A stretch of DNA of 45,740 nt from a virus (lineage: Duplodnaviria; Caudoviricetes): positions 1-45,740 of the IMG/VR virus record IMGVR_UViG_3300037046_000301; one strand, written 5' to 3'. Positions 21,223 to 27,860 of this stretch are shown in pieces. A program made the position numbers and the translations under genes. The notes under the pieces were generated by a model, which was not told the DNA's origin, searched no databases, and was given only the letters and a program-made list of their open reading frames with translations. Position 1 is the first letter of the stretch; every line of letters starts with the position of its first letter.

Positions 21223-22173
21223 TTATTGATATGTGAACCATTCTTTAATTAAGTTATTTTCATATTTTGTGAGCAAGACCTCTTTGTTTCGCTGTGCTCT
21301 TGATTTTGCATCGATTAAAATTTGTAAATAATTTGTATTTGTTCTATAAGCTCTATTAAAATTATTATTTTGAAATTCTTTCCACTTTCCATTTGTCTCA
21401 ATAATATATCTAATTTTTACATCTTGTGGAATTGTTTTAATTGTGCCATTGAGAAAATTAGCATTATTGTCTCTAATATAAGAGAATGATTTATTTAAAA
21501 GAGAATCAAAACAGAATGCAATTATTTTCGACTGTATAATAAAACTTTCTAAGTCTGTTAATAAAGAATCTGCGTTAGAATTATGAGCAGATTTATGTCT
21601 ATTGTTTGCAAAATTGCTAAAAATTTGGCTTGGATTTAATATTGAACAATTAATATTAGAACTTAGGGTTTGAATGCTATTCCAACCTCCATCAACATTA
21701 AATGTTTTTAAAAACTCTGAAATATCTGTAGAATTTAAGTTTGATTTATCCCAACCCATTGAAAATTCAGAAAACTCATAGACAGATTTCTTCGTGCTTG
21801 AAACGAATTCAGTTTCATTTTGAATAAATGTTATGTAATCTTCTGAATTCCTTTTTAATAATTCAGCTCTACTACTTATTCCTTTTAAAGCATAAAATGT
21901 TACAGCTTCTTTTAGCTTTTCTGGCAATGCATTAAAAGCACAACTTATCGAACTTATTTCTTTTAAGACTTCGCCAGTTCTTCTTTTTATGAAATCTTCA
22001 AGAATTGTAAATCCAATAATTGACATTCCATTTCTTAACATTCTAACTTTTTCGTTATGTAAGGTTTCAGTTAGTGCTTTGGAATTTAGTTTTATATCAT
22101 CTATATTTTCAGGATAGATAATACTACTGAATGTACTTATTCGTTCAATAAAAAAGTTCTTTGCAGTAGCCAT
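21223..22173 (-). CDS. HEPN-domain protein (putative RNase)
   Basis: Rx4H motif RHKSAH and N-terminal LEDFIK helix; coupled to DUF262 gene. Confidence 0.65.
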   Translation of the reverse strand: MATAKNFFIERISTFSSIIYPENIDDIKLNSKALTETLHNEKVRMLRNGMSIIGFTILEDFIKRRTGEVLKEISSISCAFNALPEKLKEAVTFYALKGISSRAELLKRNSEDYITFIQNETEFVSSTKKSVYEFSEFSMGWDKSNLNSTDISEFLKTFNVDGGWNSIQTLSSNINCSILNPSQIFSNFANNRHKSAHNSNADSLLTDLESFIIQSKIIAFCFDSLLNKSFSYIRDNNANFLNGTIKTIPQDVKIRYIIETNGKWKEFQNNNFNRAYRTNTNYLQILIDAKSRAQRNKEVLLTKYENNLIKEWFTYQ

Positions 22174-23240
22174 TATTTTAAGATTTCATCTAATAAATTA
22201 ATCATTGTCCCTATTCTATAATTTACTTGTTTAATATTTGAAGTAAATTGACGCATAGAAACTTGAAATTCCTTATCTTGAAAATACTGGTTTTCAAATT
22301 TGTCAGAAATTTGTTTTTTTCTTTCTATGATAATATTTGATTTGTCTAAAAAAAATGATAATCCAACTGTTTGAACATCAAAAATCCCTTGAATTATTTC
22401 ATTCCTTCCATCGGGTCTTTTAAATGCTCTATCTCCCCAAATTGTTTCACATAATTCAATAGTTTGATTGAACATATATTTGTATTTATCTATATTTAAA
22501 TCTTTACTACGATAATTCATTTCCATAAAATTATCCATAGCGATTTTCATATTACCATTGAAATTATTCCAAGTGTCTCTTAAAGTAAAAAATCGCAAGA
22601 CATATTCAACATCCAACATTTCTTTGTAAATTTTTGACTTTTCTCTTTCCCTTTCTGTTTCTAAATTAAATTGTTTTCTGAAAATGTTGTTTTCTGATAG
22701 CTCAACAAGTAAATCATTGAGTGTTCCTTCAAAAGAAGCATTTCTGATTTCTTGTGGTAATAATTTATCACCACCAGTGTTAAGCCTATTAAAAACTTCA
22801 TATTTTAATAAACTATCCGATTGTTTTAATAAAGTGATAACTCTTATATAAGGTCTAATTTTTAAAGCGTTATTTAATGGCGATGGAAGTTGTTGAAAAT
22901 TTAACCCTTCGATTTCAACAAACTTTTCTAAGTTTACTAGCCTCTCTTTAAGTATAATAAAATTATAAATTGCTGTTATTCTTTGTTTGCCATCAATAAC
23001 AGAATATGACCCATATTCGTCTTCTGCTAAATATATTGGTGGTACAGGAATATTCAATAGAAAAGATTCAATAAGAGCAGATTGTTTAACTTTATTCCAT
23101 CTTTCCCTTCTTTGATACTTTGGTTTAATGTTGATAGCCCCACCTTTAACCATATTTGCAATTGCTTCCAATGAAAGGTCGGAAGATTGGAATACCAGTC
23201 TGTTTTGTGCTAATAAAAATTTCTCAATAATGTTGTCCAT
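22173..23240 (-). CDS. DUF262 (GmrSD N-terminal/ParB-like) protein
   Basis: PKYQRRERW, LIESFLLNIPVPPIY, IDGKQR, FNRLNTGG motifs. Confidence 0.9.
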   Translation of the reverse strand: MDNIIEKFLLAQNRLVFQSSDLSLEAIANMVKGGAINIKPKYQRRERWNKVKQSALIESFLLNIPVPPIYLAEDEYGSYSVIDGKQRITAIYNFIILKERLVNLEKFVEIEGLNFQQLPSPLNNALKIRPYIRVITLLKQSDSLLKYEVFNRLNTGGDKLLPQEIRNASFEGTLNDLLVELSENNIFRKQFNLETEREREKSKIYKEMLDVEYVLRFFTLRDTWNNFNGNMKIAMDNFMEMNYRSKDLNIDKYKYMFNQTIELCETIWGDRAFKRPDGRNEIIQGIFDVQTVGLSFFLDKSNIIIERKKQISDKFENQYFQDKEFQVSMRQFTSNIKQVNYRIGTMINLLDEILK

Positions 23241-23510
23241 TTTATTTATTTTATTTCGGTTTTAAAAATATATCAGCCAACTTGAATTTGTTAATATGTA
23301 TGCTCCTTATCCTCCTAAGATATATCTATACACCCAATTTTGAATGTATTTTATTTTAATCAATTTTGAGTTCATTTATTATTTAAATTAATCATTATTG
23401 AATATTAAATTGAACCTACCAAAAGTAAAAAATAAATTACCATAGCATTTATATTTCTTTTTTGATATAATGCAATTTATAGAAAATTTGAGAAAATAGG
23501 TACGAACAAT

Positions 23511-23544
23511 AAAAAGCCTCAATCGGTCGCAGACCGATTGAGGC
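23511..23544 (-). terminator. Intrinsic terminator
   Basis: GCCTCAATCGGTC stem followed by T-run on minus strand, after the 23561 stop. Confidence 0.85.
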
Positions 23545-23560
23545 AGTTAAGCTGAGTGAT

Positions 23561-23980
23561 TTAAAACTGAATCTTCGCTTCCGTTGAAGCCAATCCATCA
23601 TCAATGGAATTCTTCAATACATTGATGATCTTCTCAATGGCATCTGATTGAGAAGTTAAAAACTGGTTTCCTTCCTGATCCTGGATCGTGATTCGGGTGG
23701 TGTGTTCTTCCCGCTTCAGGTTGAAGGAAGCCAATTTCATCTTCGCTTCCAGGAAACGTTCCCGTTTTGCAATCAGATCGTTTAAATCCGAAACCTTCTG
23801 AATCTTCTGCTCGATGTTAAGCTCGGGCTTTTGTACTTCCGGCTTAACTTCGGGAAGGACTTCCGGTTTAACTTCAGGAACGACCGGATTCTCTTTGGTC
23901 GGTTTACGGTCAACAATTGCAAGGTCACGGCCGTTTTTTCCATTCTTTCCAACTGTTTTAACTTCTTTTACTTCATTCAT
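23561..23980 (-). CDS. Hypothetical protein with PEVK-like repeats
   Basis: 139 aa, VPEVKPEVLPEVKPEVQKPE; preceded by leader motif. Confidence 0.75.
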   Translation of the reverse strand: MNEVKEVKTVGKNGKNGRDLAIVDRKPTKENPVVPEVKPEVLPEVKPEVQKPELNIEQKIQKVSDLNDLIAKRERFLEAKMKLASFNLKREEHTTRITIQDQEGNQFLTSQSDAIEKIINVLKNSIDDGLASTEAKIQF

Positions 23981-23986
23981 TGTTTT

Positions 23987-24027
23987 TGCTGCTGCCTTGC
24001 AGACTTATTTTGGCATCAAGCTCGCCG
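23987..24027 (-). ncRNA. Pseudoknot leader motif copy A
   Basis: GGCG-AGCTTGA-TGCC-AAAATAAGT-CTGC-AAGGCA-GCAG-CA, 6 nt before ATG 23980. Confidence 0.75.
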
Positions 24028-24292
24028 GGTTAAAAAAATTTATGGCAATCCATTACCGGATTGAAAATTTTTGAACAAGCCTTCAGGTCAGGTTTTTGGA
24101 AGTTTTGATAAAATCTGAATGAACCCGGAGGGACTTCGGAGCTTTCTGATGGTTCTTGTTTTGCTTTAAGCGACGAAGTGGCTTAGAGAGAAATATTTTC
24201 AATGCAGGTACCTTTGCCCAGAAATTTGAGTAACCAAGTGGTAGGGGGTTTTCTTTGGTTCTTTCTTTTGTTAACAGATGAAAAGAAAGAAC
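24028..24292 (+). promoter_or_regulatory. Putative ssDNA (Frpo-like) promoter foldback 1
   Basis: Arms 24028-24081 pair with 24180-24235; TACCTTTG at 24209-24216; close repeat of 26462-26698. Confidence 0.65.
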
Positions 24293-24316
24293 ATTATCAT
24301 TCGGGCAGTTCCGAAC

Positions 24317-24343
24317 AAAAAAAGGGGGCTTTCGCCCCCTTTT
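24317..24343 (-). terminator. Intrinsic (possibly bidirectional) terminator
   Basis: AAAAAAAGGGGGC-TTTC-GCCCCCTTTT at radC stop. Confidence 0.8.
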
Positions 24344-24800
24344 ATGAAAGATTTCCTTCATCAGCGAAGGAATAGTAAGCCTCTGAACCGACAATCAGAT
24401 GATCAACGATTGGAAGATCCAGGAAGTCACCCGCTGCTTTCAATTTACGGGTGAGTTTAATGTCAGCATCTGAAGGTTGCAGATTTCCTGAAGGATGGTT
24501 ATGTAAAAGGATAATACTGCAAGCATTGCCCTTTAAGGCAACCTGGAAGATCATTTTAGGATCGGCAACCGTACCTGAAACCCCGCCTATTGAAACTGTG
24601 TGAAAGCCGAGCATTTTATTTGCCCGGCTTAATAAGAGCATGAGAAAAGATTCCCGGTAATCAATGGGTTCAGGCCAGATGCTCAATGCGATATCATAAG
24701 CATCGCGCGAAGAAGTGATCTTTCTCATTTCGCTGTGTCGCAGTTTCATTGAATACTGGACTTTGATTTCAGCGAAGGAATTATTGAATAAATTATTCAT
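24342..24800 (-). CDS. radC: RadC-like JAB domain protein
   Basis: E..LLLSRANK..SIGGVSGTVADP..HNHPSGNLQPSDAD..DHLIV; start set at ATG 24800 because the longer ORF runs through a terminator and another gene. Confidence 0.9.
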   Translation of the reverse strand: MNNLFNNSFAEIKVQYSMKLRHSEMRKITSSRDAYDIALSIWPEPIDYRESFLMLLLSRANKMLGFHTVSIGGVSGTVADPKMIFQVALKGNACSIILLHNHPSGNLQPSDADIKLTRKLKAAGDFLDLPIVDHLIVGSEAYYSFADEGNLS

Positions 24801-24806
24801 TATCTT

Positions 24807-24847
24807 TGCCCATGCCTTTGGGACTTTTAAAGGTTTCAAGCGCACCA
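24807..24847 (-). ncRNA. Pseudoknot leader motif copy D
   Basis: GGT-GCGCTTGAA-ACC-TTTAAAAGT-CCCA-AAGGCA-TGGG-CA, 6 nt before ATG 24800. Confidence 0.7.
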
Positions 24848-24861
24848 GGTTAATTAATTTG

Positions 24862-24895
24862 AAAAAAAAAAGCCCCCGATCCCTGGGGGCTTTTT
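24862..24895 (-). terminator. Intrinsic bidirectional terminator
   Basis: A-run, GCCCCC..GGGGGC stem, T-run. Confidence 0.8.
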
Positions 24896-24897
24896 GA

Positions 24898-25125
24898 TTA
24901 ATAAGGATTTCCGACTCCGTGAAAGGTATCTTCATCCGCTTTGTCTGAAAGAAACTGCCGAAAATCAGATTCACCGCAAGGGGAACAATAAGCCTTTTGA
25001 TTACTCGGCCAATAAAAAATGTCATCGCCTTTTTTGATCGGACAATGACATTGAGCGCAGGTACTGGTGAACTTAGCAGTGATCTGTCGTGGATCTCCTG
25101 CATAGGTGGTTGAATAGCGTCTCAT
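24898..25125 (-). CDS. Small zinc-finger-like protein
   Basis: 75 aa with CAQC and CSPC; ATGA overlap with upstream gene. Confidence 0.75.
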   Translation of the reverse strand: MRRYSTTYAGDPRQITAKFTSTCAQCHCPIKKGDDIFYWPSNQKAYCSPCGESDFRQFLSDKADEDTFHGVGNPY

Positions 25126-25499
25126 ACTGCGCTCCTTTCTGTGACTTGTTTGTCACTGAACAGGTAGCAAATCGGCCAGTATTTGTACTGATCTTCAGAT
25201 TCTGTCGGGGATTCATCGCCCATCTTGTCGGCACTTTCATCCAGCCGACTGACATCTTTGGGCGTACCCCAGACCAAAAAGGCTTTGCTGTCTTTTATGA
25301 TGGACTTTCCGAGTTTCTTCCATTCATGGAAGGTTTTAAACTCGGAATGACCGGCTTCTTTTCTGTAAAGCTCGATCAGTCCATCATTGACAGTGGAAGC
25401 ATGAATCTGTCCCATTTGCATGAGCAGTTTTACAGTGGCAGACAAACCCTTCAGCTTGTCGCGGTTCTCCAGGTAATGAGAAATTTTTGAATCATTCAT
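25122..25499 (-). CDS. ArdC N-terminal-like ssDNA-binding protein
   Basis: FKTFHEWKKLGKSIIKDSKAFLVWG..YLFSDKQV pattern typical of ArdC-N. Confidence 0.7.
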   Translation of the reverse strand: MNDSKISHYLENRDKLKGLSATVKLLMQMGQIHASTVNDGLIELYRKEAGHSEFKTFHEWKKLGKSIIKDSKAFLVWGTPKDVSRLDESADKMGDESPTESEDQYKYWPICYLFSDKQVTERSAV

Positions 25500-25505
25500 T
25501 TTAAA

Positions 25506-25546
25506 TGCTGCTGCCTTGCAGACTTATATTGGCCTCAAGCACGCCA
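25506..25546 (-). ncRNA. Pseudoknot leader motif copy B
   Basis: TGGC-GTGCTTGAG-GCCA-ATATAAGT-CTGC-AAGGCA-GCAG-CA, 6 nt before ATG 25499. Confidence 0.75.
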
Positions 25547-25562
25547 GGTTATAAAATTTCAA

Positions 25563-25892
25563 TTAAGCATTGACTGCAAGCTGGGAGTGGTATTCAAATT
25601 CCCAGTGAATGTGTTTTATCGGCTGTGATTGAAAAACTGTGATCCAGACTTCCTGAAGATAAAACTCAGAGCAGTCAGAATAAGGAACCAGTTTGGAAAA
25701 GCACCAACCAATTTTCCGGGGTGGTTTTCCGCTGGGTTGATCAATGTAAATTGAAGAAGCCTTTCCATAAGTTTTTTGAAGGCTTCGGAACAATTTTCCC
25801 AGGTCATTGGTGAATGTTTCGTATGCTTCCTGGTCAGCGAAGCGCCATCCTTTAGAAGCATTGACGAAAGATTCATGAATCCAGATATTCAT
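25563..25892 (-). CDS. Hypothetical protein
   Basis: Start moved to ATG 25892 (MNIWIHES), after leader motif. Confidence 0.7.
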   Translation of the reverse strand: MNIWIHESFVNASKGWRFADQEAYETFTNDLGKLFRSLQKTYGKASSIYIDQPSGKPPRKIGWCFSKLVPYSDCSEFYLQEVWITVFQSQPIKHIHWEFEYHSQLAVNA

Positions 25893-25900
25893 AAAAAAAG

Positions 25901-25941
25901 TGCCCATGCCTTTGGGACTTGTTTTGGCAACAGGCACGCCA
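25901..25941 (-). ncRNA. Pseudoknot leader motif copy C
   Basis: TGGCG-TGCCTGT-TGCCA-AAACAAGT-CCCA-AAGGCA-TGGG-CA, 8 nt before ATG 25892. Confidence 0.75.
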
Positions 25942-25950
25942 GTGAATTAA

Positions 25951-26361
25951 TTAATCTTCGTTTGGAAACAGGATGGTAATTGCCGGTGATGGATCATCAA
26001 TGTCAACCGGACCAACCAGGGCTTTTAAGGTAATGAGCCGTTGAAATTCCCCTTCTTCTGAATGCTCATTATCGAGCCAGGGCTCTTCTTTCGACAATTG
26101 ACAGATGAATTTGAAAAGCAATTCAGCGCCTGGTGTTTTCCTTGCGCTGACTGCAAACATCCAGAGGATATCCCAGAGCCGTCCGGCTTCATCCTGGTAC
26201 CCGGTCATTTCTTTGGGAACTTCAACATAGCGATCCCAAACTGTCCGATTCATGTAAACCGGATAGCGGATACCAGCGGATCGGCTTGTTTTCTGATCAA
26301 TTTCAACCTGGAAGCCATCAGAAATAGCATCCTTTCGTGTGTAAGCATAAATAAGGTCCAT
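25951..26361 (-). CDS. DUF6573-like protein
   Basis: IYAYTRKDAISDG..QDEAGRLWDILWM..ITILFPNED pattern. Confidence 0.6.
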   Translation of the reverse strand: MDLIYAYTRKDAISDGFQVEIDQKTSRSAGIRYPVYMNRTVWDRYVEVPKEMTGYQDEAGRLWDILWMFAVSARKTPGAELLFKFICQLSKEEPWLDNEHSEEGEFQRLITLKALVGPVDIDDPSPAITILFPNED

Positions 26362-26367
26362 TGAAAA

Positions 26368-26430
26368 TGCCGCTGCCCTGCGGACTTATTTTGGCTTCCT
26401 GAAGTTTATTCAGAAATTGTCTGGCACGCC
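26368..26430 (-). ncRNA. Pseudoknot leader motif copy E (extra hairpin in loop 1)
   Basis: GGC-GTGCCAGA-[TTTCTGAA TAAAC TTCAGGAA]-GCC-AAAATAAGT-CCGC-AGGGCA-GCGG-CA, 6 nt before ATG 26361. Confidence 0.75.
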
Positions 26431-26435
26431 GATTA

Positions 26436-26698
26436 TTACTGCAATTTTTGCTTCGGAACAATACCGGATTGAAAATTTTCGAACAAGCCTTCAGGTCAGA
26501 TTTTTGGCAGTTTTGATAAAATGTGAATGAACCCGGAGGGACTGAGCCGCTTTCAGATAATTCCCTTCCGCTTTAAGCGGTGAAGTGGCTTAGAGAGAAA
26601 TAGTTTCAATGCAGGTAACTTTGCTAAAAATTGTAGTAAGTAGTGTGGGGTGGGTTTTCTTTGGTTCTTTCTTTTGTTGACGGATGAAAAGAAAGAAC
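26436..26698 (+). promoter_or_regulatory. Putative ssDNA (Frpo-like) promoter foldback 2
   Basis: TTACTGCAATTTTTGC (26436-26451) pairs with GCTAAAAATTGTAGTAA (26623-26639); TAACTTTG at 26616-26623 lies opposite a mismatch bubble. Confidence 0.65.
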
Positions 26699-26792
26699 GA
26701 CAATCCATCAAGCGGAGCTTGATACCAGGCGGTATAGCTGAAGTATCATTCCCTTCGGGGAATGATGAAGTATTTTTCTGACCTGTACGAAC

Positions 26793-26826
26793 AAAAAAAG
26801 GGAAGCCGGCGTCAGCCGGCTTCCCT
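26793..26826 (-). terminator. Intrinsic terminator
   Basis: AGGGAAGCCGGC stem followed by T7 on minus strand. Confidence 0.85.
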
Positions 26827-26844
26827 ATGCTTCGTATCAGCATC

Positions 26845-27342
26845 TTAGAATGGAGCTTCTTCGAAGGGATTACTGAACAATTCAGCTTCTTTTGGTCTTT
26901 CAGGTTCAGGAATACCTGCTTCCCTGCGCCTTCTTTTGAAGTTTGAATTAGGGTAAGGATCCTTTGCAGTTTCATTTGCCTGGGAAACTTCAACAGCAGG
27001 AATTTCTTCCTTTGATTTGCTTACCTGATTATTCGAGTACAGGTAGATGACAGGAAAAAACTTTTTCTGATTTCCGTCAGCACCTGTGGACATGGTGGGT
27101 TTGCCCCAGAACAGGTAAGCCTTTGCTTTGGCCTTTACTGTGAATCCTTCCTCTTTCCACTGACGGGCTGACTTAAACTCGACATTTTCTTTTCCATTCG
27201 AGTAAGTCGACATTAAAGCGGCTTTCATGTTTTGAAAACTTCCTTTAGCTATTTCAGGTTTCAAAATCTTCGAAAGCTCGGAAAGTTTTTTAACGTTTTC
27301 AGGGTGAGAAGCTAATTCAGGACGAAATTTTGTTGTATTCAT
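26845..27342 (-). CDS. ArdC N-terminal-like ssDNA-binding protein with acidic PF tail
   Basis: FKSARQWKEEGFTVKAKAKAYLFWGKP..YLYSNNQV; ends FEEAPF. Confidence 0.7.
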   Translation of the reverse strand: MNTTKFRPELASHPENVKKLSELSKILKPEIAKGSFQNMKAALMSTYSNGKENVEFKSARQWKEEGFTVKAKAKAYLFWGKPTMSTGADGNQKKFFPVIYLYSNNQVSKSKEEIPAVEVSQANETAKDPYPNSNFKRRRREAGIPEPERPKEAELFSNPFEEAPF

Positions 27343-27348
27343 TTTATA

Positions 27349-27391
27349 CGCCGGTGGCTCGCCGGACTTTTTTTAGGTATTAGCCACACCA
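27349..27391 (-). ncRNA. Pseudoknot leader motif copy F
   Basis: GGTG-TGGCTAA-TACC-TAAAAAAAGT-CCGG-CGAGCCA-CCGG-CG, 6 nt before ATG 27342; compensatory changes in all three helices. Confidence 0.75.
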
Positions 27392-27405
27392 GTTAAAATG
27401 TTTAA

Positions 27406-27537
27406 TTAATTTGAATAATTTTCTGAAAATTGATTAAATTCAAAATTGAGAGATTCGGCATCAAGCGAATCAGCGTAACCCGGATAAAAAACTTCATCCA
27501 GGAAAGCAATAAAAATTTCATATAAGGAAGAATTCAT
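27406..27537 (-). CDS. Small acidic protein (43 aa, not in ORF track)
   Basis: MNSSLYEIFIAFLDEVFYPGYADSLDAESLNFEFNQFSENYSN; ATG 6 nt after leader motif. Confidence 0.7.
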   Translation of the reverse strand: MNSSLYEIFIAFLDEVFYPGYADSLDAESLNFEFNQFSENYSN

Positions 27538-27543
27538 TGTGTG

Positions 27544-27584
27544 TGCCGCTGCCCTGCGGACTTATATCAGCGTCTGGCTCGCCA
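27544..27584 (-). ncRNA. Pseudoknot leader motif copy G
   Basis: TGGCG-AGCCAGA-CGCTG-ATATAAGT-CCGC-AGGGCA-GCGG-CA, 6 nt before ATG 27537. Confidence 0.75.
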
Positions 27585-27860
27585 GTTAATTAAATTTTTG
27601 CTGATAAATGCGAAAAGGCATTGAGCAGACCCGATTCATGTCAAGTATTAGGGTCATCCCGCATTTGCGGGATGAAAGAACCCAACGGGCGCTCAGTACT
27701 GAAACCCATCCTATAAATGATCAAAGGTTTCAGGACTGAGCGTACTTTACTTTTCGGGGATGCGTAAATAACTTTGCAAATAATTTGAGTAACTAACGGT
27801 GGGCTGGTTTTCTTTTTTGCTTCTTTATTCTTTGGGCAATCATGAAAAGAAAAAAGAAGC
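27584..27860 (+). promoter_or_regulatory. Putative ssDNA (Frpo-like) promoter foldback 3 (divergent interior)
   Basis: 27584-27601 pairs with 27776-27794; TAACTTTG at 27769-27776; internal hairpins 27654-27674 and 27690-27742; similar trailing TTCTTT/AAAGAA hairpin. Confidence 0.55.

Noticed and set aside
24083-24394. 103-aa ORF and the similar ORFs 26553-26993 and 27641-27874
   Set aside because: They run through terminators and the repeated foldback elements; their similarity reflects the non-coding repeat
24801-25103. N-terminal extension of RadC in the ORF track
   Set aside because: Overlaps the zinc-finger gene, a terminator and the leader motif; ATG 24800 fits the 6-nt spacing
23987-27584. 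CRISPR array or ZTP riboswitch reading of the 7-copy motif
   Set aside because: Copies are separated by whole genes and there are no cas genes; the motif lacks the large 5' domain of the ZTP aptamer and the genes are not purine/folate related
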